DNA of 64,000 bases from Candidatus Moraniibacteriota bacterium (GCA_963778555.1 CAVZUR010000002.1:37817-101816); one strand, 5' to 3'; positions 30,184-39,460 are shown, counted from the stretch's first letter. Notes: generated by a model not told the origin, from the letters alone. Numbers and translations: made by a program.

Positions 30184-30981
30184 ATGCTTGAACGCTATAA
30201 CCTCATCTCTTGGAATGTCAACGGACTGCGCTCTGCGGGGAAGAAGGATTTCGTCGCGTGGATGCAGCAGGGTAAGTTTCCGATTGTTGCCGTCCAAGAG
30301 ACGAAGATCAGCGACCCCGATCAACTGACCGAGGAGCTTCGGAATCCGGACGGCTACACCAGCTATTTCAGCTGCTCGACAGAAAAGAAAGGCTACAGCG
30401 GCGTCGGAATCTACGTGAAGAAGCAGCCGCTCGCGGTGAAGACGTTTTTCGGGGACAATCTTCTTTCGCGCGAGGGGCGCGTGCTGGAGATGGAATTCCG
30501 GCACTTTACGCTCCTGAACGTCTATTTCCCCAATGGCGGTTCGGGCGAGCTCCGGTTGCAGTACAAGATGCAGTTTTACGAGGAATTTCTTCACTATCTG
30601 ATGCATCTCCGGAAGCAGGGGAAGAAGATCGTACTGTGCGGTGATGTGAACACAGCCCATCAAGCAATGGATTTGGCACGGCCCAAAGAGAATGCGAGCA
30701 CTTCCGGTTTCCTCGAGATGGAGCGGGCTTGGATCGATCGACTCATTGTAGCCGGCTTCACCGATACGTATCGTTTCCTCCATCCGACTGAAGTCGGGTA
30801 TACCTGGTGGGATATGAAGACTCGCTCGCGCGAACGTAATGTCGGATGGCGGATCGATTATTTCTTCGTCGACTCCCGTCTCGTCGGAAATGTAAAAGAG
30901 GCGATCATTCTTGCAGATGTGGCGGGTTCTGATCATTGCCCAATCGGACTGTCACTCGTGTTTTCCGATACCGAAGCCTAG
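30184..30981 (+). CDS. xth: Exodeoxyribonuclease III
   Basis: SWNVNG, QETK, GYSGV, GDVN, GWRIDY, SDHCP. Confidence 0.92.
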   Translation: MLERYNLISWNVNGLRSAGKKDFVAWMQQGKFPIVAVQETKISDPDQLTEELRNPDGYTSYFSCSTEKKGYSGVGIYVKKQPLAVKTFFGDNLLSREGRVLEMEFRHFTLLNVYFPNGGSGELRLQYKMQFYEEFLHYLMHLRKQGKKIVLCGDVNTAHQAMDLARPKENASTSGFLEMERAWIDRLIVAGFTDTYRFLHPTEVGYTWWDMKTRSRERNVGWRIDYFFVDSRLVGNVKEAIILADVAGSDHCPIGLSLVFSDTEA

Positions 30982-30984
30982 ACC

Positions 30985-32199
30985 ATGTCTCTGGACGAAA
31001 CAATCTTGCATGTTCCCTTAGCGGAGCGCTGCCGGCCGCGACGACTCGCGGACTTCATCGGACAAGAAAAGATTCTCGGTGAGGGCTCGTTTTTGCGCCA
31101 TGCAATCGGCGCGGACCGAGTACCATCGCTGTTGTTCTGGGGACCGCCCGGGAGCGGCAAGACAACCTTGGCCCGACTTATCGCCGAGGAAACGAAATCG
31201 CATTTCATCCAGCTCTCCGCGGTGGAAAGCGGGAAGAAGGATATTCAGCGGATTGTCGAGGGAGCTCGCGCGACGGAGCGGCTCGGTGCTCGGACCATTC
31301 TCTTCGTCGATGAGATCCACCGCTGGAACAAGTCCCAGCAGGATGCCCTGTTGCCGCATGTTGAAAATGGCACGATTACCCTCATCGGCGCGACGACGGA
31401 GAATCCGAGTTTCGAAGTGAACGCGGCGCTGCTCTCGCGGACACGGGTACTGGTTCTAACGCCCCATTCATCCACAGATATCCTTTCGCTTCTCGTGGCC
31501 GCTCTCGAAACAGATGAGGTATTGAAGCGGGGGAAAGTCAAGGCAGAGAGCGCGGCCTTACGTTTCATCGCCGGGATTTCGGGCGGCGATGCACGAGCGG
31601 CCTACAATATTCTCGAGGCTTGCGCGAGTCTGGGGCAGCTGATCACATCGGAATTGGTCGAGGGGGTCGTGGAGCGTTCGCATATCCTCTACGACAAAGC
31701 CGGAGAGGAGCATTATAATATCATCTCAGCTCTCCATAAATCGATGCGTGGCGGCGATGCCGATGCGGCGCTCTATTGGCTCGGTCGGATGCTGGAGGCA
31801 GGGGAGGATCCGCTCTATATTGCTCGCCGCCTCGTCCGTTTTGCGTCCGAGGATGTGGGAATAGGGAATTCGTTCGCGCTGCCGCAAGCGGTCGCCGCCT
31901 ATCAGGCTGCCCAGTATATCGGCATGCCTGAGTGTTCGGTCAATCTCGCCCAGGCGGTCGTGTACCTCGCACAGTCGAAAAAGTCGAATGCGCTCTACAC
32001 CGCGTATAGCAAAGTGAAAGCCGATATCGCCGCTTTCCCGAATGAGTCAGTCCCACTCTATCTGCGCAATGCCCCGACCACATTCATGCAGGATCTCGGC
32101 TACGGAAAAGGATATAAATATACGCCGGAATTCAAGAATCCAGCGGCCGCGGCTCAGGACTACTTGCCTGAGAAATTACGGGGGAGGAAATACTTGTAA
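30985..32199 (+). CDS. rarA: Replication-associated recombination protein A
   Basis: GPPGSGKTT, DEIHR, GATTENP, ISALHKSMRG, ASEDVG. Confidence 0.92.
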   Translation: MSLDETILHVPLAERCRPRRLADFIGQEKILGEGSFLRHAIGADRVPSLLFWGPPGSGKTTLARLIAEETKSHFIQLSAVESGKKDIQRIVEGARATERLGARTILFVDEIHRWNKSQQDALLPHVENGTITLIGATTENPSFEVNAALLSRTRVLVLTPHSSTDILSLLVAALETDEVLKRGKVKAESAALRFIAGISGGDARAAYNILEACASLGQLITSELVEGVVERSHILYDKAGEEHYNIISALHKSMRGGDADAALYWLGRMLEAGEDPLYIARRLVRFASEDVGIGNSFALPQAVAAYQAAQYIGMPECSVNLAQAVVYLAQSKKSNALYTAYSKVKADIAAFPNESVPLYLRNAPTTFMQDLGYGKGYKYTPEFKNPAAAAQDYLPEKLRGRKYL

Positions 32200-32229
32200 A
32201 AAAATGAACGCCCCGGCAAGCCAGGGCGT
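32198..32229 (-). terminator. Intrinsic terminator of minus-strand orphan
   Basis: ACGCCCTGGC-TT-GCCGGGGCGT hairpin followed by TCA-T7 on minus strand. Confidence 0.65.
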
Positions 32230-32242
32230 ATCGAGACGCGCA

Positions 32243-32479
32243 TTAGTCAGAAAGGAACGAATCGCTGCATTTCAGGATTCGGTTCGGATCGACATGGGGA
32301 GTCAGCGCCAGTGACTCTCGGCAGCACGCGTAGATGTTTTGTTTCGTACCATGGACGGTCACTCGGCATACCCAGCGTTTGTCGTAGCGGTCATGACCGC
32401 AACGGAGGCATGGATTTGACGATTGCGTCAACGGCATGCCTAGAGCTTTCAGATCCTTCCGATCAGCACCTTCAAACAT
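32243..32479 (-). CDS. Orphan 78-aa Cys-rich protein (CxxC...C...CC...C)
   Basis: SD AAGGAG 32491-32486 before ATG 32479; downstream terminator; lies behind the attenuator. Confidence 0.65.
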   Translation of the reverse strand: MFEGADRKDLKALGMPLTQSSNPCLRCGHDRYDKRWVCRVTVHGTKQNIYACCRESLALTPHVDPNRILKCSDSFLSD

Positions 32480-32509
32480 AGTTCTCTCCTTTTCAGTTGG
32501 GAATGAACG

Positions 32510-32620
32510 AAAAAACCGGTTCCTTGTGGGAGACCGGCTTCTTTTTGTCCTCGAGCTGCATTTCCTATAGGCATTCAAGAGCAAAAACAAATCGGTCTCC
32601 CTTCTTCCAAAAGAAGAAGG
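32510..32620 (-). promoter_or_regulatory. Transcription attenuator (protector, antiterminator, terminator)
   Basis: CCTTCTTC/GAAGAAGG (32620-32600); GGGAGACCG/CGGTCTCCC (32601-32593 / 32536-32528); GCCGGTCTCC-CACAA-GGAACCGGT-T5 (32538-32510). Confidence 0.7.
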
Positions 32621-32660
32621 CAAAAATCGAGCGAATCAACATGGACCGATATGTCTGCAT
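32565..32660 (-). CDS. Phe-rich leader peptide MQTYRSMLIRSIFAFFFWKKGDRFVFALECL
   Basis: ATG 8 nt after the -10; 6 Phe codons; overlaps attenuator helices. Confidence 0.6.
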   Translation of the reverse strand: MQTYRSMLIRSIFAFFFWKKGDRFVFALECL

Positions 32661-32668
32661 ATGGAAAA

Positions 32669-32697
32669 AGTATACAAATCTCGCCCGACGGTGTCAA
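32669..32697 (-). promoter_or_regulatory. Near-consensus sigma70 promoter
   Basis: TTGACA (32697-32692), 17 nt, TATACT (32674-32669). Confidence 0.75.
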
Positions 32698-32762
32698 ACG
32701 GCCAGCGAGGTGCTACAATGAGTGCTGTTTACTTCCTCACTGCGTAAGTCCCATTGCCTTTT

Positions 32763-34139
32763 ATGCGTATCCGGACCGAGCGAACGCCACCGAAAGAAGC
32801 TGTCTTGGTTGTTTTTCGAGCTGGAGAGGGGGAGGATTGGCACCAGAGTACAGGCAATCGTCCTACCCTTGAACTTGGCATTGGTTCGCCGCCGGTTCTG
32901 AAACGACGCGGATTCATTCTCCTCATCCGGCGCATTATTACGGCGGCCAAGACAAAAAAAATCACTGCGCTCGTGATCGACTTCGCTCGCCTCCGAGAAT
33001 TAGCGACGGATATCGCTGACGCAGAATTGGCCGAGCTCGTGAGTGTGAATCTATTATTGGCCGACTATGCGTTTGAGGATTATAAAACCGCACCGATTGA
33101 CGGTTTCCCTCATGTGAAAAATGTCTATCTCTTGCATGCAAAAAGCACAGCTATTGCAATCGGCCTGAAACGGGGGGGAGTCATTGGCGAGGAAACCAAT
33201 GCCGCGCGGCATATTTCGACGATGCCAGCGGGAGAAATGACACCGGCCATATTGGCGCAGCATGCGCGCAAAACCATGCAGCGCCTCCCGGTGACGGTCA
33301 CGGTCTGGGATGAGCGACAGATCAAGCGTGCTGGCATGCGTGGAATTATCGCGGTCGGCAAGGGATCGGCTTCGAAGCCGCGTTTCATCATCCTTGAGTA
33401 TCGCGGCGGAAAAAAGTCGGACCCACCGGTCATTCTCATAGGAAAAGGCGTAACATTTGATGCAGGCGGCATCAATCTTAAACCGACGACTGCCCTACTC
33501 GGGATGAATATGGATATGTCGGGCGGGGCATGTGTGATTCATACGCTTGCGGCGTGCGCCCGGTTGAAATCCTCGAAGCATCTCATCGTGCTCGTTCCGG
33601 CAGTGGAAAATATGATTTCAGGAGAAAGCTACCGTCCCGGCGATATCATCCGTACCCTCTCGGGTAAGACCATCGAAGTTCAGGACACGGACGCGGAGGG
33701 TCGAATCATCTTGGCGGACGCACTCACGTACGCCAAGCAGTTTGATCCCAGCCTCGTCGTTGATGTCGCGACGCTGACCGGATCGGCGATGGTGGCACTC
33801 GGCGAACGCGCCTCGGCACTCTTTACCGAGGATGAGAAGCTTGAGACGAAGCTTCGGCATATCGGCGCAGCCGTGGTGGATCCAGTATGGCCGCTGCCCC
33901 TCTGGGATGAATACCTTGAAGATATCAAGGGGTCCTACGGCGATATCGGGAATGTTGGGAACACGAAATGGGGCGGCGCGATCACGGCGGCCATCTTTCT
34001 GAAACAATTCATTGCGTATCCATGGGCGCATCTCGATATCGCGCCGCGCATGACCAGTATTGCCGGCGAGCATTTGGCAAAAGGATCGATCGGCGCCGGT
34101 GTGCAGCTCCTCGTGCGCTTTCTCTCAAATAAGAAATGA
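32763..34139 (+). CDS. pepA: Leucyl aminopeptidase (M17)
   Basis: GKGVTFDAGG, DMSG, DTDAEGR, ATLTG, WAHLDIA. Confidence 0.9.
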   Translation: MRIRTERTPPKEAVLVVFRAGEGEDWHQSTGNRPTLELGIGSPPVLKRRGFILLIRRIITAAKTKKITALVIDFARLRELATDIADAELAELVSVNLLLADYAFEDYKTAPIDGFPHVKNVYLLHAKSTAIAIGLKRGGVIGEETNAARHISTMPAGEMTPAILAQHARKTMQRLPVTVTVWDERQIKRAGMRGIIAVGKGSASKPRFIILEYRGGKKSDPPVILIGKGVTFDAGGINLKPTTALLGMNMDMSGGACVIHTLAACARLKSSKHLIVLVPAVENMISGESYRPGDIIRTLSGKTIEVQDTDAEGRIILADALTYAKQFDPSLVVDVATLTGSAMVALGERASALFTEDEKLETKLRHIGAAVVDPVWPLPLWDEYLEDIKGSYGDIGNVGNTKWGGAITAAIFLKQFIAYPWAHLDIAPRMTSIAGEHLAKGSIGAGVQLLVRFLSNKK

Positions 34140-34233
34140 ACGGTTGACGAAGACTTCCGAGATTGCAGATAGGAACATATCCTGACCCTTGACAGAGAGT
34201 TGCATCTTTGAAACGATCTGATATACTGGAATT

Positions 34234-34356
34234 GCTGAACTCCTTCCACCCCCCTCACCATCTATTGTCACACCGACGCCCCAATACTTGGTCCTGTGGA
34301 AGGACCAGCACTCGCGAGCAGAGGGATTCAACAACGTTGAACCCTCGCTTTTCTTT
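34234..34356 (+). ncRNA. Candidate structured RNA / switch with alternative pairings and terminator
   Basis: Promoter TTGCAT-16-TATACT (34200-34227, TG extension); TCCTTCCAC/GTGGAAGGA 9-bp helix; GAGGGATTCAAC/GTTGAACCCTC terminator. Confidence 0.5.
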
Positions 34357-34391
34357 ATTAGGGAGTAATTTCTGAGAATATTCGTGAAAGT

Positions 34392-34414
34392 AACGCTCAA
34401 TGAGAGCGTTTTTT
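34392..34414 (+). terminator. Second intrinsic terminator upstream of mraZ
   Basis: AACGCTC-AATGA-GAGCGTT-TTTT. Confidence 0.55.
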
Positions 34415-34480
34415 GGCTTTTTAAAAGGGTATTTGCGTATATTTGGAAAGTGTCATAAAATGGGTAGTAAGAACAGTGAA

Positions 34481-34500
34481 GTGGTGAAATGTGGTGAATT
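34481..34500 (+). promoter_or_regulatory. MraZ-binding direct repeats
   Basis: GTGGTGAAAT GTGGTGAATT, 10-nt periodic GTGG boxes upstream of mraZ. Confidence 0.65.
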
Positions 34501-34585
34501 TCACGGAAACACGTTTACGGTTCGGTTTTGCCACGCTCTGTCGGGCACGCACTGGCGGCTCGTTGGGGTTTAAGTCTGCGCGCTT

Positions 34586-35020
34586 ATGTTCATCGGCGAG
34601 TATCAACATTCGATCGATCCAAAAAAGCGCCTGGCGCTGCCTTCGAAATTTCGCGGGGAGCTCGGAACCCGGGTCGTCGTGACCCGTGGACTCGATCGTT
34701 CACTTTTCGTCTATCCGGTGAAAGTGTGGGAGATACTCGCGGGAAAGCTCGGTGCGCTTCCGGTCGGTGAAACAGGTACGCGCAGCTTTATTCGGCTGAT
34801 GCTCGCGGGCGCGACGGATGTCGAGCTCGACGCTCAGGGACGAGTGCTCATTCCCGAATACCTCAAGACCGAGGCGGGACTGAAGAAAGAGGTAACCGTT
34901 GTCGGGCTCTACAACCGGCTTGAGATCTGGGATACCAAAGAGTGGCAGAAGTACAAACACCGCGCCGAAAAGAATACCGAAAAAACTGCCAATGAACTCG
35001 GCAAACTCGGTATCTACTAG
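34586..35020 (+). CDS. mraZ: Division/cell wall cluster transcriptional repressor
   Basis: MFIGEY..DPKKRL, DAQGRV, RLEIW. Confidence 0.93.
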   Translation: MFIGEYQHSIDPKKRLALPSKFRGELGTRVVVTRGLDRSLFVYPVKVWEILAGKLGALPVGETGTRSFIRLMLAGATDVELDAQGRVLIPEYLKTEAGLKKEVTVVGLYNRLEIWDTKEWQKYKHRAEKNTEKTANELGKLGIY

Positions 35021-35044
35021 TTTTCGAATACGTACCTCAACAAT

Positions 35045-35992
35045 ATGGAACAGGGAAACACAGAGCATGTCCCGGTCATGCTTGAGTCAGTGCTGAGCGC
35101 GCTCAATCTCCAACCGGGTATGCGAGTCGTCGATGCGACCTTGGGCGGCGGCGGATACACACGCGCTATCCTCGAGCGTATCGGTGAAGCCGGACGGCTG
35201 ATCGCGTTTGACTGGGATGAGTCAGCTATCGATCGGTTCCGGTCCCGCGCGGCCGATGATGCCATGCTCTCGGCGGCGCTCAGGACGAGTCGGCTCATTC
35301 TGGCTCGCGCATCCTATGCAGCCATCCGAAACGTCCTTCAGGAAAATGAATGGGCAGGAACTGATGCGATTGTCGCAGATCTCGGGCTCTCGAGCGACCA
35401 GCTGGCTGATCCGTCACGCGGTCTCAGCTTCCAGACGGACGGACCGCTCGATATGCGCCTCAATTCCGAAGAGACCGTCCAGGCAGCACACCTCCTCAAT
35501 CAATTGAGCGAGGCATCACTGACTGATCTCTTTCGCACCTACGGCGACGAGCCTGAAGCAAAGCGTATCGCGGCGGCCGTCGTATCCGCCCGTCGGAAAA
35601 TGCCTCTGACAACAACAACGGCGTTACGGGAACTCATTTGGGAAAACGTCGTTCCCGCTCGCCGACGTGGCAAGATCCATCCCGCTACCAGAGTCTTTCA
35701 GGCGTTGCGCATTGCCGTCAACAGTGAACTCACCCATCTCGAGCAATTCCTGTCGGCCATTCCGGCCGTACTCCTGCCCAACGGGAGAGCGGCGATCGTC
35801 GCGTTCCACTCGGGTGAGGAAAGAATCGTGAAGCACCTGTTCCAGCTAGAGACCCGTTCAAAGGAACCACGCTTAGTCTGGGTGACGAAAAAACCGATCG
35901 TTCCCAGCGTGGCAGAAATTCGAGCGAATCCGCGCTCTCGCAGCGCGAAGCTCCGGGTCGTCGAACGCCTCGCCTCGCCGAAACAAAAATAA
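35045..35992 (+). CDS. rsmH: 16S rRNA m4C1402 methyltransferase
   Basis: HVPVM, DATLGGGG, DLGLSS, PLDMR, FQALRIAVNSE, NPRSRSAKLR. Confidence 0.93.
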   Translation: MEQGNTEHVPVMLESVLSALNLQPGMRVVDATLGGGGYTRAILERIGEAGRLIAFDWDESAIDRFRSRAADDAMLSAALRTSRLILARASYAAIRNVLQENEWAGTDAIVADLGLSSDQLADPSRGLSFQTDGPLDMRLNSEETVQAAHLLNQLSEASLTDLFRTYGDEPEAKRIAAAVVSARRKMPLTTTTALRELIWENVVPARRRGKIHPATRVFQALRIAVNSELTHLEQFLSAIPAVLLPNGRAAIVAFHSGEERIVKHLFQLETRSKEPRLVWVTKKPIVPSVAEIRANPRSRSAKLRVVERLASPKQK

Positions 35993-36000
35993 AACAAAAT

Positions 36001-36354
36001 ATGCGCCTCTATTCCGAGCGTCAAATCCAAAGAAAGCCCTATTTTTCCGGGAAGCTCTGGGAGCCGTATGCCGCCGGCGCCCATGTCGCGGTCGTCGCAC
36101 TCCTGGCGCTGTCGCTCCTCTCGGCGGGCCTGTATGTCTACTCGGTGAATCGGAGCGCGGTCCAAGGTTATGCCATACGAACGCTCGAACAGGAATTGCG
36201 ACAATTAAAGAAGGTGAATACCGAGCTCCGGATTCATGAAGCTGAAGCCCAATCGCTCTCGCGTATCGAGGCCGGCAGTCTTGAACTCCGGATGGAAAAG
36301 GTGGGGACCAGTCATATTATCAATACCCAATCGAACGCCGTCGCTTTCCGCTGA
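36001..36354 (+). CDS. ftsL: FtsL-like cell division protein
   Basis: TM plus leucine-zipper coil, between rsmH and ftsI. Confidence 0.6.
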   Translation: MRLYSERQIQRKPYFSGKLWEPYAAGAHVAVVALLALSLLSAGLYVYSVNRSAVQGYAIRTLEQELRQLKKVNTELRIHEAEAQSLSRIEAGSLELRMEKVGTSHIINTQSNAVAFR

Positions 36355-36364
36355 GTCTCTCCTT

Positions 36365-38128
36365 ATGCCGACCATGCGTGCTCCGCTTCAGCCAGCTTCC
36401 CGTCCGGCTCGTCCGGCAGCGCGCTGGCGGCTGTATTTTTTCCGCGGCGCCCTGTTTCTTTTAGGGTTTGTAATCATCGGCCGACTCTACGTGATTCAAG
36501 TCATTGGCCGGGAGAAATGGGTTGCAATGGCCGAGGGACAACACACGGTGGCCCAGGCGTTGCGAGCGGAACGGGGAAGCATCTCGCTGCGTGAGGGTGC
36601 AGAGAGCTATCCTGTCGCCGTGAATCGCGAATATCGGCTCGTCTACGTTATCCCCAAGCTCGTGGAGGATGTTCCGGGTACCGCGATTACGCTCGCGGCC
36701 GTGCTCGGCGTTGATGAATCGATGGTGCGGGAGAGACTTTCGGACCGAGCTGATCCGTTCGAGATCATCAAAAGGAAAATCAGTCCGGAAGAGGAATCCA
36801 AACTTAGGGAGCTCGATCTGAAAGGCGTCAGTTTTCTGCCCGAGGGATATCGCTATTATCCAGCTGGCGAACTAGCCTCGAAGGTCATCGGCTTCGTCGG
36901 ACCGGGCGATGACGGTGAGATTGGTATTTACGGTGCTGAAGCGAGTTGGAACAGTGAACTTCACGGCCAGGACGGCACTCTCTCCCAAGAGCGAGACGCG
37001 GCTGGCCGTTGGCTCTCGCTGACTGATCGGGAACATGTCGAGCCGAAAGATGGAGAAAGTATTGTCTTGACGATTGATCGCGTCGTCCAGTACGAAGTGG
37101 AAAAGATTCTCAGTGAAGCCCGCGAACGCTTCAATGCCGATGCCGCCTCAGCGATTGTCCTTGAGCCGAAGACGGGGAAGATCCTCGCGCTCGCCGCTGT
37201 GCCGCAGTTCAATCCGAATGAATACGGAAAAACCGAAGATCTCAGTCGCTTCATGAATGCACTCGTCAGTCTGCCATATGAGGCGGGATCGGTGATGAAG
37301 CCGTTCACGATGGCGATCGGCATTGAGGAGGGGAAAGTCAGCCCGAACACGGAATTCATCGACACGGGCGTCGTGAACGAGGCGGGCTATGCTATCCGGA
37401 ACGCCGAAGGGAAAGTCTACGGCCGGAGCTCCATGACTACAGTGCTCGATGAATCGATCAATACCGGCGTCATGTTCGTCGAGCGCCTCGTCGGCCCGGC
37501 GGCGTTCCGTGAAGGGTTGAAGAATTTCGGTTTTGGTTCCCGAACCGGCATTCGACTGCCAGCGGAGCATGCCGGGAATCTGCGCAATCTCGATAACTTG
37601 AAATCCACGATCCAGTTCCTGACGGCATCTTTCGGCCAAGGCATCACGGTGACGCCGCTCCAGCTCGCGATGGCGTATGGAGTACTCGCGAATGACGGCA
37701 TCCTCATGAAGCCGCAGATCGTTGAACGCATCACGGACCGGAATGGCGCGACGCGGACACTGGAACCCACGGAAGTGCGGCGAGTACTCTCCCAAGCGAC
37801 GGCGCGCACGGTTGGCGAAATGCTGCGGAGTGTTGTCGTCAACGGCCACGGGAAACGAGCGGATGTGCCTGGGTATCTCGTCGGGGGTAAGACGGGGACC
37901 GCTCAGGTGGCGAAATCCAATGCCCAGGGTTATGAGGAAAACATCACCATCGGGTCATTCGCCGGTTATGCGCCGATCAACGATCCGCGTTATGTTATCG
38001 TCGTGAAGTTTGACAATCCGCGAGACGTCCAGTGGGCCGAATCGAGCGCCGCGCCGACGTTCGGCGCCATCATGCGATTCTTGCTCTCGTATGCTACAGT
38101 ACCGACGACCGAAACCATCAAGCCATAA
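36365..38128 (+). CDS. ftsI: Class B penicillin-binding protein
   Basis: RG.I, RYYP, SVMK, SIN, KTGTAQ motifs. Confidence 0.85.
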   Translation: MPTMRAPLQPASRPARPAARWRLYFFRGALFLLGFVIIGRLYVIQVIGREKWVAMAEGQHTVAQALRAERGSISLREGAESYPVAVNREYRLVYVIPKLVEDVPGTAITLAAVLGVDESMVRERLSDRADPFEIIKRKISPEEESKLRELDLKGVSFLPEGYRYYPAGELASKVIGFVGPGDDGEIGIYGAEASWNSELHGQDGTLSQERDAAGRWLSLTDREHVEPKDGESIVLTIDRVVQYEVEKILSEARERFNADAASAIVLEPKTGKILALAAVPQFNPNEYGKTEDLSRFMNALVSLPYEAGSVMKPFTMAIGIEEGKVSPNTEFIDTGVVNEAGYAIRNAEGKVYGRSSMTTVLDESINTGVMFVERLVGPAAFREGLKNFGFGSRTGIRLPAEHAGNLRNLDNLKSTIQFLTASFGQGITVTPLQLAMAYGVLANDGILMKPQIVERITDRNGATRTLEPTEVRRVLSQATARTVGEMLRSVVVNGHGKRADVPGYLVGGKTGTAQVAKSNAQGYEENITIGSFAGYAPINDPRYVIVVKFDNPRDVQWAESSAAPTFGAIMRFLLSYATVPTTETIKP

Positions 38129-39460
38129 ATGACCATGAAGACTCAGACTACTACGCTGAAAAAGGGGATGGCCCGATTATTCGGGGCGCTGGCCCGGACG
38201 GTGCTCCGTGCTCGCCAGCCGATTGTCGTCGGTATCACTGGCTCGGTCGGGAAAAGCTCGGCCAAGGAAGCGATTGCACTCGTCCTTTCGAAGAATTACC
38301 AGGTACGTTTCTCGCCTGGAAACTATAATAATGAATTTGGACTACCCGCCGCCATTCTCGGAATTTCGAGTCCGGGGCGATCGATCAGGCGTTGGTGCTC
38401 CGCTCTGGTCCACTGGTTCGCTATCATGCTTCGTCTGGAGGCGTATCCCGAAGTACTCGTACTGGAGCTGGGAGTGGATCATCCCGGAGACATGGACTAT
38501 CTCCTGGGAATCGTCCAACCGGATGTCGCGGTACTCACGCGGATAGCGGGAAGCCATTTGGCGAATTTCGAGAACCTTGCGCAGATCGCCAAAGAAAAAG
38601 GCAAGCTCATTGCGGCATTGCCCGAGACCGGCTCCGCTGTCCTGAACGCAGATGATGAACGGGTGATGCGGCAAGTGGAACGGACAAAAGCGGCAATCAT
38701 CTCGTTCGGCCTTTCGCCGGCGGCGACGCTGTCGGCCGACAATATCCGCCTCTTACAGGAAAATGGCCGCGTTGATGGGCTGTCGCTCAAGCTCAACTCG
38801 GGTGGGAAGTCTATCCCAGTACGTCTCCCGCACGTGATCGGACGGCATCATCTCACCGCGGCGCTCGCGGCGGCGGGCGTGGGAGTGGCGCTCAAGATGA
38901 ATCTGGTCGATATCGCCGCTGCGCTCGCGGGCTTCAAGCCGCTGCCGGGACGCATGAGCCTTCTCCTGGGGGACAACGCCGTCCGTATCATCGATGACAC
39001 TTATAATGCTTCAGTGGTTTCGACCGAAGCGGCGCTATCTACGCTGCGCGAACTCATTGCGCCGCGCAAAGTCGTCGTGCTTGGCGATATGCTCGAACTT
39101 GGTCCGGGATCGGATGAAGCCCATCGATCGCTTCGCGACGCAGTCATCGCGAGCGGGGCCACGGTCTGCGTCGGCGTCGGCCAGCATATGCGTTTTCTCG
39201 TTGATGCGCTGCGTGGAACGAATTTTCCCGACAAGAGCCTGTATCATTTTCTCGATCCGGTTGCTGGCGCAGCCGGTATCGGCGCCATTACTCGTCCTGG
39301 CGATCTGGTCTTGGTTAAGGGATCGCAGGGCTTGCGGATGGAATATATCGTTGCCGCGATTGTCGGCGAGCGGTCGGCGATCGAGAAAGAGCGATTGCTC
39401 TGCCGCCAGTCAGCCAGTTGGCGGTCGACACCCTTTACTGCTCCGGAGGAATGGCAATGA
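38129..39460 (+). CDS. murF: UDP-MurNAc-tripeptide D-Ala-D-Ala ligase
   Basis: ITGSVGKSS, NNEFG, DDTYNA, GDMLELG, VKGSQ. Confidence 0.9.
   Translation: MTMKTQTTTLKKGMARLFGALARTVLRARQPIVVGITGSVGKSSAKEAIALVLSKNYQVRFSPGNYNNEFGLPAAILGISSPGRSIRRWCSALVHWFAIMLRLEAYPEVLVLELGVDHPGDMDYLLGIVQPDVAVLTRIAGSHLANFENLAQIAKEKGKLIAALPETGSAVLNADDERVMRQVERTKAAIISFGLSPAATLSADNIRLLQENGRVDGLSLKLNSGGKSIPVRLPHVIGRHHLTAALAAAGVGVALKMNLVDIAAALAGFKPLPGRMSLLLGDNAVRIIDDTYNASVVSTEAALSTLRELIAPRKVVVLGDMLELGPGSDEAHRSLRDAVIASGATVCVGVGQHMRFLVDALRGTNFPDKSLYHFLDPVAGAAGIGAITRPGDLVLVKGSQGLRMEYIVAAIVGERSAIEKERLLCRQSASWRSTPFTAPEEWQ

Noticed and set aside
34286-34312. SRP (4.5S) RNA suggested by GGTCC..GGAAGGA..AGCA
   Set aside because: Lacks the CAGG / GNRA-tetraloop / AGCA symmetric-loop geometry of SRP domain IV.
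34208-34375. His-rich leader peptide (..FHPPHHLLSH..) as a his attenuator
   Set aside because: Only TTG starts, which lie upstream of the predicted transcription start; no ATG and no clear SD.
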